A DNA stretch of 64,000 bases from Octopus sinensis (Eukaryota), in assembly GCF_006345805.1 (NCBI RefSeq), contig NC_043009.1, forward strand, positions 33,542,001-33,606,000, read 5' to 3'. Made by a program: the position numbers and the translations under genes. Positions 25,990 through 37,972 of the stretch are shown here, in pieces. Under the pieces are notes generated by a model. That model did no database searches and was not told the origin of the DNA. It saw only the letters and a program-made list of their open reading frames with translations. The first letter of the stretch is position 1, and every line of letters starts with the position of its first letter.

Positions 25990-26630
25990 TATATATATAC
26001 ATACATACAGACATAGCTACATATATATGTATGTATGTATGTATCTATCTATCTATCTATGTATGTGTGTGTATCTGTGTATGTATGTATGTATGTATGT
26101 ATGTATGTATGTATGTATGTATGCATGTATGCATGTATGCATGTATGTAGGTATGCACATATATAAATATATACATGCATGCATTAATACCTACAAACAA
26201 ACAAACATACATACATACATACATACATGCATACATACATACATACATACATACATACATACATACATACATGCATGCATGCATGCATACATACATACAT
26301 ACATACATACATAATGCATGCATGCATGCATGCATGCATACATACATACATACATACATACATACATACATACATACATACTACATACATACATACATAC
26401 AATACATACATACATACATACATACATACATACATACATGCATACATACATACATACATACATACATACATACATACATACATACATACATACATACATA
26501 CATACATACATACATACATACATACATGCATACATACATACATCATACATACATACATACATACATACATACATACATACATACATACATACATACATAC
26601 ATACATACATACATACATACATACATACAT
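25990..26630. repeat. Long (TACA/TGCA)n microsatellite
   Basis: Read directly; source of the HTYI ORFs. Confidence 0.98.
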
Positions 26631-27817
26631 GCAACATAAAACTTCGAAGGCAGCTCCTTGAGCAACACTCTGATAACCTAGAATACATGTCCAAAGAAGT
26701 CGCACGACTCTACCGCAACGTATCATCAGATGAAAGGACGAGCTTATATGAACAGAAAACTATGCATGGATATGTTAGTAGAAAGCTCCGTAATGATAAT
26801 AGCCTCGATCATCAAAGCAGTTTACCATGGATCAATAGCCGGATTACTACCTCCCACTTTGAAGGGTATGCGTTTGCAATCCAAGAACAGGAAATATCAA
26901 CCAAGTACCTGATGCACAAAAGGGATGGAAATGCAGCAAAAGCCGTAAAGTGTGACAACCGATGCAAACTTTGTGGAGTTCACATTGAAGATATCACCCA
27001 CATCATAAGCAGTTGTCCGAAAATGCCACCACGGTATTATCTACCGATGAGACAAGATGTTGTACCTAAAGCACTCTATAATGAAATCCGTCGGAAGGAT
27101 AATCCTGAGGACAAAGAAATAAGAACCCAGAATATAGTAGAAGCCATAGTCACTCGTAATAAAAAGGAATACTGGTGGAATTTTCCAGTGAAGATCTTAA
27201 TGAAATGTAAGCACAACAGACCTGATATAATGATTTGGAATAGAGAAGAGAAAATGTGCACAGTTGTGGAAATCAGCTGCCCAGTGAAAAAGAGAACACC
27301 TATGCTGAACTATTGAGAAATCTGCAGTTACTCTATCCAGATTAGAAGTTCAGATTTATACTTGTAATTATTGGAGCCCTGAGATGTGTAACACACTGCC
27401 TAAATACCAATCTTGAGAAACTAGGTTTCTCAAAACCAGAAAGGAGAAAGCTAATTCGAAGACTACAGATCCAATTCATCACGGGAACTATAAAAATCTG
27501 TAAAACTTGCCAGAAGTTTATCATTTAAATATATATGAGCATGTCTAGATATGTAACTATATGCATGAGAATACATACATAGAACATACAAGTCTACACA
27601 TACATACATACGTACGTACATACATACATACATACATACATACATACATACATACATACATACATACATACATACATACATACATACAAGCAAAAATACC
27701 CTGTTGTTGATGTCGAAATTCCAATGAAGGAGCCTTGGATCTAGGTTAGAAACCGGTTCTTTCTCTGGCAAGAAATCTTGAAATAAACTGAATAATGACA
27801 TACATACATACATACAT

Positions 27818-27820
<3 letters not shown>
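26631..27820 (+). mobile_element. R4/Dong-like RLE retrotransposon, second subfamily, 5'-truncated, embedded in (CATA)n
   Basis: QKTMHGY, FEGYAFAIQEQEISTKY, CKLCGVHIEDITHIISSCP (CCHC), RQD (RHD-like), NRPDIMIW, VEISCP, then after a frameshift FI(P)VIIGAL and KICK. The 3' UTR has an internal (TACA)n, AATAAA and a (CATA)n tail. Confidence 0.9.
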
Positions 27821-27859
<39 letters not shown>

Positions 27860-28609
27860 GTAATACAGACATACATATACTGTGTAACTAAACAGAGTAA
27901 CACGTGTTTATATTTATACTGTGATGGGTGTGTTTAATAGATAAGTGTCAAAGTGTATAATAAGTAAATGCGAGGGTGTGTATAATAGTAGTTTGAGTTA
28001 TACAATAGGTGTGTTGTAATGTATATAAATTGTTGCTGTTGCTGTGAACGATGTTGTTGTTGTTGTTGTTGTTTGCCGTTAAGTTATTTCTGATTAAGAA
28101 AGTCTTTCATTAAAAACCATTTCAGTTGTGGTTAGCCTGTTGCCCTCACATGATTATTTCTTGGTTTTGATGTTGGTTTTTCAGGGAAATTGTGTTATTG
28201 TTGGTGTCGTTGTTGTTGTTGCTGCTGTGTACTCCAAACAACAGTTACCGATACGTTCAACAGAAATATTAAAATGTGGGTAGTACGTGTGTGTGTGCAT
28301 ATATCAATAGGCATCCGTCAGTGTCGAGGGGCTGTATATATATACGTATATAGTATTTAAATCGGAGTTACTGATATAGTTTCATGCTGTGGAAACACGT
28401 TAACTTGGCAGATACATTTATATAACGTGCCTTGTATCTCTAAGCCGTCTTTCAAGCTCTCAGTATGCAAGGTGAATTCTATTTGAAAAACTAGGACGCT
28501 GATCTATGAAGAAAACACGAGAAAAAGCAAGGTTGCTGTTTCTCGTAGGGATAACCCTTGTCTATTGAGCTTGAAGGATTACTTGGAGACAGAAAATAAG
28601 CTATAGACA

Positions 28610-28807
28610 GACAAACAGACACACAGGCAGGCAGGCAGACAGACAGACCGACCTACGGACAGACAGACAAGCAGACAGACAGGCAAGCAGGCAGAGAGAC
28701 AAACAGACAGACAGACAGACAGATAGATAGATGGATGGATGGATGGATGGATGGATGGATGGATGGATGGATAGATGAATGGATGGATAGATGGATGGAT
28801 AGATAGA

Positions 28808-28863
<56 letters not shown>

Positions 28864-28876
28864 TAGACAGACAGAC

Positions 28877-28939
<63 letters not shown>

Positions 28940-28940
28940 G
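28610..28940. repeat. Compound tetranucleotide array (CAGA)/(CAGG)/(TGGA)/(TAGA)
   Basis: Read directly. Confidence 0.97.
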
Positions 28941-29224
28941 CTGTCGAATTTATCGCGTTTTCGCGGCAGGAAACTATTATCGGTTCTTATTTAAATACTG
29001 TGTTTATTAAATATTTATTTCTCATTGGATGGAGTACTTTTTTTTATTGAATACTTATAACAGAACAGTAAAGTATGTATGTGTGTGTGTCCGTGCGTAT
29101 GTGTATGTGGTGTGTGTGTGTGTGTGTAATGATACATAAAGATATATAAGGATATAAAAAAGTTGTGTGAATACAAACAACAACTTCGCATGGAAGACTT
29201 TCAGTCTTTTTATCGTTATTTTAA

Positions 29225-29418
29225 ATTTTGTTTCAGTCCTTTGACTGCGGCCATGCTGGAGCACCGCCTTTAGTCGAACAAATCGACCCCAGGAATTATT
29301 CTTTGTAAGCCCAGTACTTATTCTATCGGTCTCTTTTGCTGAACCGCTAAGTTACGGGGACTTAAACACACCAGCATCGGATGTCAGGCGACGGTGGGGG
29401 GAGACAAACACAGACACA

Positions 29419-29463
<45 letters not shown>

Positions 29464-29730
29464 TTCTTTCCTGAGCGTCAATAATACTTTAATTGTTCCA
29501 CGTCCTCGCGTTGCTGTGTTTTTTTCTGTGTTTTCTTGTTTGGATTAACTATATATATATATATATATATACACGACGGGCTTCTTTCAGTTTCCATCTA
29601 CCAAATCCACTGACAAGGTTTTGGTCGGCCCGAGTCTATAGTAGAAGACACTTGCCCAAGGTGCCGCGCAGTGGAACTGAACCCGGAACCATGTGGCTGG
29701 TAATCAAGCTACTGACCACACAGCCACTCC
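29225..29730 (-). mobile_element. CORE-type SINE family A, full length, with a Penelope-like fragment nested in its internal microsatellite
   Basis: Both SINE halves are present; the insert at 29462-29550 matches 60385-60490. Confidence 0.9.
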
Positions 29731-31677
29731 TGTTGACCAATTTGGTCTTCCACCAGTCCTGCTACTCATGGTAAAGTAGTCGGGCCTTTCAATGTAACTT
29801 GTCCGGCATTCCATGTTGACTAGTCAGATCTTCCATGGTAACTAATCAGTTGTTGATGCTGACCATTCCAAACTTTGATACTGACCAATCAGCACTGCCT
29901 CTCCAGACCTTAGACTCTGGTGATCATCTTTGAATTTAACTGACCGTTTAGAAGTATATAAAGGGACTTATACGGATTTCTCAAAAGTGGTTTTAGCTGC
30001 AGGGTAAGGGATTAATTGTCGGGTATCAGTAATTGGAGAGGGATCTACGAGAATAGGGATTGAGTTGTAATGTCGAATGTCAAGGTTGTAGGGAACTGAG
30101 GTTCAAGGTCGAAGTTTATGAGTTAGAGATGGATTCTCTAGGTAAAGGATAGAGAACTATTTGTGGGCTAGGGGTCTGTTAACGGACTAAGACGCTAGTT
30201 TTGAAGTAGGGAGTCTAGTCGGTTAGGAGTCTAGTTACTGCGTAATAGACTAGTTCAGAGCCAGGGGATCTTGTCGGCAAGGGACCAAATAGTAGGGTGA
30301 GGGTCTTGTTCTGGGATGGGAGTCTAATTGTCTGTTGAGGGTCGAATAATAGAGTGCAGGACCAGTCGTGGACTAGTGTTATGCTTGTAACCTTGAGGTT
30401 TAAGTGTAATTTTTACAAATAGGGATCGGTTCCCGTTTCCTGTTTCTATTGCACGGTTTGCTTTGGTTGTATAGGAGTGTATAAAGGAGTAACTTGGTGG
30501 GGTATATAATTGCTTTTAACATAGGTATACGAGTCCAGGAATATTTGGTAAGAGGATCAGTTGCTTATATCGACCCCGGGTAGATGAAAGACAAAGCTAA
30601 CCTCGGTATAATTCGAACTCCGGATATAAAGAGTCGGCAAAATTACTGCAAAGCATTTTAGTCGCTGCTTTAACGATTCCGTTAATCCCCCTCCCAAGAG
30701 GGTAGGATATGTGATGGAAAGTGAAGCGAGTGTATATGAATGAATGACTTAGAGCGGATGTATAAAGAGAAGTTATATAAATGTGTAACTTAAGATATGA
30801 GATTTATAATAGATTACAAATTATAGACAGGGGGAAGATATAGAACAAGTGAGTGTATATAGATGTGTGTAGACATGTGGAGGATATTGACTAAGGAAGT
30901 GTACAGGAGACAGACTAAAGACTGAATGGTAGGAATTATGAATAAAATGGAACTTGCATTGTCTTTAATCAGAGTACTTACAGTGTAAATATAATGTACA
31001 CTCAGTATAAACACGCGTACATAGAGTGTAAATACGAGATGCATACGGTACACATACAATATAAATACAGCGCATGCACAGTGTAAATATTGTATACATA
31101 GAGTTTAGATACAGTGTAAATACTTTGTATATAGACATGCTTTGTGATTTAGTTTGCTGTTCTGTGCTTTATTATCCATTTGTAAATTGAAGCTACAGTA
31201 TGAACATGCTTTGAAGTTGTAATGGTAAATGATGCTTCGTAGATATAAATAATTGAATTATTGCGAGGAGAGAAACTTCCCAGGTTTAGCAAACTTGACC
31301 TTCTTCGGAGACAAAAGAAAAATAACTGTGCTGATAAAACGGGAGCTAAGGCGAATGACGTGTGTGTGTGTCTGTGTGTGTGTCTGTCTGTCTGTTTGAG
31401 TGTGGTGTGTGTGTGTGTGCGCGCGCTCGTGTGTGTGTGTGCGCGCGCTCGTGTGTGTGTGTGTGCGAGTGCTTATGTGTGCAAGGATGTATTTCTCTGA
31501 AGAAGGAAAGTTATCCGAAACGCACGACTTTCCACACCTTCTTTCACATTAACTCCTGTCGTTTAAAGTCATAAAGTTTTATGGATTAACATTTGTCAAT
31601 ATAGACTAGTAACAGTAGCAGCAGTTTCTTTGGATAACGGCAGATTTTAGCTCTTACCTGGCACCTAATTCAACCAT

Positions 31678-31719
<42 letters not shown>

Positions 31720-32220
31720 CGACGACGACAATGAGGAGGCGAAGGAGGCGGAGGAGGAGGAGGAGGATTTCGACATTTTGGTGAAGGTGGTGTAGGGATA
31801 CTTTAAGCAATTTTAGCGGTTGAAAGGACAGACATCATAAAAGGACTAACATTCCGAAAACCGAAAAGTAGACAACTGGAATAACTCTGAGGTTCCCGTA
31901 AAGATCTGAGGCTTTTTAAAAGGAGGCTAACAAGTGACGATGTTTAATAAAATTGAGAGGGTTTTAAACCTTTGCAAATTTGTCCAACCCTATGGCGAAG
32001 AAAGAAGAACAATATAGATGTAGCAAACCCTATGTCGTCTTCTCATTAAAGAGGAGGGGGCTGGAGGAGGTATATTTTTCGTCTGGTCTAACTAGCAAAC
32101 GCATAGACAGGGCGGGTACCTTCCTAGATCTCCGACTCCTGGACCATCGGTACACATACGTACCGACTGAACCCTCAATGGCCCTGCTCACGGGTATTCT
32201 TCTTATGAGAAACTCCGCTC

Positions 32221-32430
32221 TAACCCTTTAGCATCCACATTCACATTACTCTGTCAAATGTGATGCTTATTTCTTCTCATTGTTTTTGAATTAATCAATG
32301 CTTTCTCATATTGTTTTGAAATTTCGATGTTGTGGTTGACATTACTGGACAGGTAGGAAAGGCCGGATCTGGTTTATTTGAACTTAAAACAGGTAGATTA
32401 TTCTGGTTGGATATGGTAGGGTTAAATGCT
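32221..32430. mobile_element. Possible piggyBac-like MITE remnant
   Basis: Starts TAACCCTTTAGCAT (TTAA-CCCT-like terminus); the right end is degenerate (GGTTAAATGCT) and abuts the hAT MITE. Confidence 0.35.
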
Positions 32431-32439
32431 GGTTCAGAC

Positions 32440-32828
32440 CAATGGTTCCCTACGGGGGTCCATACGGTCCCTGTGGTGGTGGTGGTGGTGGTGGTGGTGG
32501 TGGTGGGAGGTCATCGAAGATTTTGTGGTGGGGTCCACATAGCAAAATAGTGAATTGGAGGTCACAATAATATTTTAAGGGCCCCTGAAAAAAATGTTGC
32601 TTTTGATGTATGTATTGGTATGTATTACAGGAAACAGCTAGGTTCCTTTCTCTGACATTTCACATTGTTGAACCAACACAAGTGAATGTGAGGAGAACGA
32701 AATAAGAATTCTGAAAGAAGTTTCTATAAAACTAGTTTTTAAACATCGAATGCTCTAGGGGTCCATTGGAATAAAATAGTAATCAAAGGGGTCCGTAGAT
32801 TTTTTTAAAAAATGGATGAGAACCCCTG
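32440..32828. mobile_element. hAT-type MITE
   Basis: Termini CAATGGTTCCC... and ...GAGAACCCCTG; 8-bp flanks GTTCAGAC/ATTTAGAC (6/8 match). Confidence 0.75.
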
Positions 32829-33520
32829 ATTTAGACCTTTAGCATTTAGTAATCCCATGACAGAGTGACACACAGAGAGAGGAAAGGTTGGAGGGAAGAA
32901 ATCGTGTTCCAGTGTTTACTGTAAACACCGTCACATCGACACTGAGAGAAAGCGATTAAGAGACTTGGGTCAAACTCCAACAAATTGATGTTTTACACTT
33001 AATATAAACAATGTCACCGTACACTGTGTAATAATAAACATGGAGAGGATTCTACAACAGGGACAACGTGTTAACAACAACATAACTATCGTTCTGTTAG
33101 CCGATAGTGTACTATAGAACATAACTATAGGTCTATTGGCCTGTAGTGTGTTACAGAACATAGCTATGGATTTATTAGCCAACACCGTGTTAGGACGAAT
33201 GTAAACAATATGTTTAATATAATGTGCTCGAGGGCAATGGTAGTTAATAAATCTATAGACATAGATTCTAAAGTTCACCATACAGCAATGAAACACTGTA
33301 AACACACCAGTAAGTTAACAACACATATATGTACATACACACACATATATGTGTGTGTATGTATGTAACATGGTTACATACATATATATACACATACATA
33401 GACAGGCACACACACACACATGCATACATATACATACAGACACACACACACCAACATATATATATATATATATATTATATATGATATTATATATATATAT
33501 ATCTAGATATATATATATAT

Positions 33521-33566
<46 letters not shown>

Positions 33567-34167
33567 CGGCTTGTGGCCATAAAATGAAAGTGGAAATATT
33601 GACTGAAATGGGTCGAGTCCTGACAGACTGGTCGAAGAGGCACTCCACCCTTTTTGTTACCCCAAAAAATTTCTGTAGATTCCTGATTTCACCAACGGAG
33701 ATTGCGATTTTGCAAAAAAAAATTATTAACAGCCTTTGAAATTTTTAATAAATTTTTTAATACTATTTTGTTCTCAAAATTTCTATTCTTTTAATGCCGA
33801 TTGCTTACTATAATATTTTCCATCTTCATTTTGTGGTCATAAATCGAAAGACTACAGAAATATTATTTCGCATACAGAGATATTTCAGAAAGTAAACTAG
33901 CAGATCATCTAAAGCCGAAGCTTTCATCCTTTTTCCATCCACTGCAGGAATAAATCATGTCAACTATCGCGACATATCACCAACTTTTTAAAGAATTAAA
34001 AACAAACAAACAAGACGCTTTTTAAAATTGTTTTCAAATAGAAATGACTGCACTTTGCTGCAACGAAAAATACACATGCACCGATATTTAAAATACACAG
34101 CAAAGTTTTTTCTAAGTCTCCTGGTGTTTCCCGGACACGTCTCGAAAACCTCGCGGCACCGGTGGAG

Positions 34168-34228
34168 CCAATACGGCACGCGAGTTAGTGACTGGTCCCC
34201 AAAATTTCGATCGGTTCTATTATAAAAG
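34168..34228 (+). promoter_or_regulatory. Candidate Pol II promoter: CCAAT (34168-34172) and TATAAAAG (34221-34228) in a CpG-rich island
   Basis: Motifs and spacing seen in sequence; a Kozak-context ATG and a splice donor follow downstream. Confidence 0.45.
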
Positions 34229-34259
34229 AAGTAAATAAAGAACTGTTGCTTGAACTTAC

Positions 34260-34340
34260 CGTCTTCCTCTGGACCGGTGGTTGGCGTAACGTTAGATCCG
34301 GCGATTCGATCCCTGCTATCAATGTAATCCCCCCCGCCAT
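34260..34340 (-). CDS. Alternative candidate first coding segment MAGGITLIAGIESPDLTLRQPPVQRKT (phase 0), product unknown
   Basis: ATC-ATG-G Kozak context (A at -3, G at +4); donor ACG|GTAAGT at 34260/34259; upstream acceptor CTCTCTTTTTCAG|G at 34865/34864. Confidence 0.35.
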
Positions 34341-34424
34341 GATCAACGTCAGAGCCAGTGACCAGGAAACCGGCGGTGACGAATTGCGGGTTGAAATCGA
34401 GCAGTGGACCCGTCGTGGTGGCAG
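34339..34424 (+). CDS. Candidate first coding exon MINVRASDQETGGDELRVEIEQWTRRGG (phase 2), product unknown
   Basis: CCCGCC-ATG Kozak context, open frame, donor CAG|GTAAGA at 34424/34425; GC/CpG well above background. Confidence 0.4.
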
Positions 34425-35162
34425 GTAAGATCCAAAATAAAGAATCCGAGAAGGGCAGGCAGGCAGGCAGGCAGACAGGCTGGCAGGTTGGCTGGCTGGC
34501 TGGCTGGCCGACTAGTGGTGGTGGTGGTGGTAGTGACGTCAACACGGCGTAATGTCTCAGTAGATACAGAACCAGAGTGAGAGGAGGAGGAGGAGGGGGA
34601 GAGGAAGAGAGAAAGAGAGATGGGAGAGACAGAGCGACTCTAGACAGACAGTAGGGTATTAGTAATGATTGTATAATGATTATGGTGGTGGTGGTGGTGG
34701 TGGTGGTGGTTTAGCTGTAATAGCTCCGAGGGAGCGAACGAGCACCAACCATCACATCTATCCGGTAACAACACAATACTACACGCACACACACACACAC
34801 GGCCACACCTACACACACATATATATATATATATACAACAATCTCGTGCGCAGCGGACGGCGACCTGAAAAAGAGAGTTTCTGCAATGAGAGAGAGAGAG
34901 GGGAGGGAGGGAGGGAGGGAGGGAGAGAGAAGGGGTGAAACAGAGAGAGAGAGAAAGAAAGACAGAGAGAGAGAGACAGAGACTGAAAGAGACAGACAGA
35001 CAGACAGAAAGACAAACCCACACAGAAAAACAGGGAAAGAGAAGAAAAAAAGAGATAGAAAGAGAGAAAGCGAGAGACTGAGAGAGAGAGAGACAGACAG
35101 ATACAGAAAGAGAGACAGACAGACAAACCCACACGGGGAAAGAGAAGAAAAAAAAGAAATAT

Positions 35163-35197
<35 letters not shown>

Positions 35198-35804
35198 GAG
35201 AGTGAGGAAGAGAGAGAAAGAGAGATAGATACTGAAAGAGAGAGAGAGAGAGCTGCTTCGACAGTAATTTTCCTCTCCAGCTTCTTATAAACTTCCTGTC
35301 GTCATTGTTTACATAGCTTTCCTATAACTATGTGATGATGTTGTTATTGTTGTTGTCGTCGTCGTTGTTGTTGTTGTTGTTGTTGTTGTTGACGGTGGTA
35401 GTGGTGATGTGTTTGTTGTTGCTGTTGTTCCGGAGACGTAGGCAAGAAAAAAAAACCCAACGCTAGCTCCACTGCGATTCTTACCGAAGAGATCGGCCAA
35501 TAGAGGCAACCCTTTAGGCCTTTCTGTGTGTGTGTGTGTGTGTATTCATTATCTGTGCGCGGTGACTGGGTGGGTGTAAGCATCTGTGGTGCATGTGTCA
35601 ATGTGTGTGTGTGTGTCTGCATGTGTGTGTGCGTGTGTGTGTGTGTATGTGTGTGTGTGTGCGTGTGTGTCCGACTGCTTATCATACCAGTTACTTTCCA
35701 TGTATATATATGTATATGTGTGAGTGTATTTCTATGTAAATACGTAATATACAAACATACACAGATACGTATACACAGGCACAAAAATAAACGTATATAT
35801 ACCA

Positions 35805-35851
<47 letters not shown>

Positions 35852-36028
35852 CACACACACCAATACGCACACATTCAGGCACGCTCAGTAATTTACCCAA
35901 TACTATCACACCCACCCTTAACTCTATAATTTAGCCGAAATCAATCAATACCCCCACACAACAGACAAGTTCTATCAATAAACAGACAAGTTTCTCATGT
36001 TTACAGCAGCTGTTAGAGTGAACTGGTA

Positions 36029-36078
<50 letters not shown>

Positions 36079-36280
36079 GCACACACACACGCAAGCACAT
36101 GTATATACATTGCGTCTGTTATAATTAATGTATTACTACATATACATATAGAACGAGTCAAATATATATGTATATTTGTGAATAAATATATGCACGCACG
36201 TACGTATAGATAGATAGATAGATAGATACATACATACATACATACATACATACATACATACATACATACATACATACATG

Positions 36281-36367
<87 letters not shown>

Positions 36368-36371
36368 TCAG

Positions 36372-36710
36372 ATAAATATGGTACTTAAGTTGAGGCACCA
36401 GAATTTAGTACGGTAATTATCCATACAATTCCAAAGTAAGATGATTAAAATCAAAATAAGCAACAAGGATATCCAGAGGTAATGCAGTACGATCGTTTCA
36501 TGCGACTCCATTTAATTGAACAATGCAATCATTACATCAATTTAAAATGCAGAGCAATCCGTAGCTGCACAAAGATATAGAATTTAATTAAATTAAAACA
36601 TGTATAATTATACCTAAAATCTCCAAGACGTTAAGGAGATAGACAAAGAACATGCTGCATTCAACGATCTTACTGCATTACCTCCGGATATCCTTGTTGC
36701 TTATTTTCAT
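36372..36710. mobile_element. Repeat family F (Penelope-like by inference) with a 44-bp inverted repeat
   Basis: AAAATAAGCAACAAGGATATCCAGAGGTAATGCAGTACGATCGT (about 36452-36495) is nearly mirrored at about 36664-36707; related copies at 53965-54480 and 55340-55560. Confidence 0.65.
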
Positions 36711-36817
36711 ATATATACATAATATACAGGCAGATTTTGAGTAACATGCGAATGTAGCAGCCTAAATAACGGATTGCACTCTATCTTTGTATTGAGTACT
36801 CTTCACTAATGATTTAC

Positions 36818-36865
<48 letters not shown>

Positions 36866-36874
36866 ATATGTATA

Positions 36875-36907
<33 letters not shown>

Positions 36908-36999
36908 ATGTATATGTATATACATATATACATATATATATATATTTATGTATATATATATACATATATATATATGGTATATGTATATATATATACTTT

Positions 37000-37222
37000 T
37001 TTACTCTTTTACTTGTTTCAGTCCTTTGACTGTGGCCATGCTGGAGCACCACCTTTAATCGAGCAACTCGACCCCGGGACTTATTCTTTGTAAGCCCAGT
37101 ACTTTTCTATTCTATCGGTCTCTTTTGCCGAACCGCTAAGTGACGGGGACATAAACACACCAGCATCGGTGTTAAGCAATGCTAGGGGGACAAACCCAGA
37201 CACACAAACATACACACACACA

Positions 37223-37298
<76 letters not shown>

Positions 37299-37455
37299 TC
37301 GACGGGCTTCTTTCAGTTTCCGTCTACCAAATCCACTCACAAGGCTTTGGTCGGCCCGAGGCTATAGTAGAAGACACTTGCCCAAGGTGCCACGCAGTGG
37401 GACTGAATCCGGAACCATGTGGTTGATAAACAAGCTACTTACCACACAGCCACAT
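37000..37455 (-). mobile_element. CORE-type SINE family A, full length
   Basis: Both halves plus internal (CA)/(TA)n. Other copies: about 38905-39110(-), 39690-39780(-), 42650-43345(-, with a second partial copy nested at 43000-43140), 54505-54905(+), 57005-57410(-), 60600-61000(+). Confidence 0.92.
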
Positions 37456-37807
37456 GTAAATATATATATATGTATAAATATACATATATGTGTGTGTGTC
37501 TGTGTGTCTGTGTGTGTACATATACATATATAATGTATATATAAGTAATCAGATAGGTGCAAAGGAGGGTAGAAAAAACAGTAGTCGAATACCATTTTCT
37601 GTTATCATAACCGTCTGACGAATGGTCACGTGAAACTCCGAGTAACAGTTTGTGCTTTGTGGAAGTTTCTTGTTTTCTTTTGTTTTTTTAGGAGATAGCT
37701 TTAATAAAATAGTTTATATGTATATGCACATACATACATACTGCATACATACATATACATATTTGCATATGTATGTATTAATTCATACGTCTACATATAG
37801 CTATCCA

Positions 37808-37888
<81 letters not shown>

Positions 37889-37914
37889 CTCTCAATATAT
37901 ATATCATATATATA

Positions 37915-37972
<58 letters not shown>

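Noticed and set aside
26318-27316. 332-aa ORF as a novel gene with a His/Thr/Tyr/Ile-rich N-terminus
   Set aside because: It is a chance in-frame fusion of (TACA)n with an R4-like fragment; there is a frameshift before the end of the endonuclease.
31497-31525. CTGAAGA-A-GGA-aagtta-TCC-GAAACGCA
   Set aside because: Stem II is possible, but U16.1 is missing and there is no stem I pairing; it may be a decayed Penelope-like motif, too weak to call.
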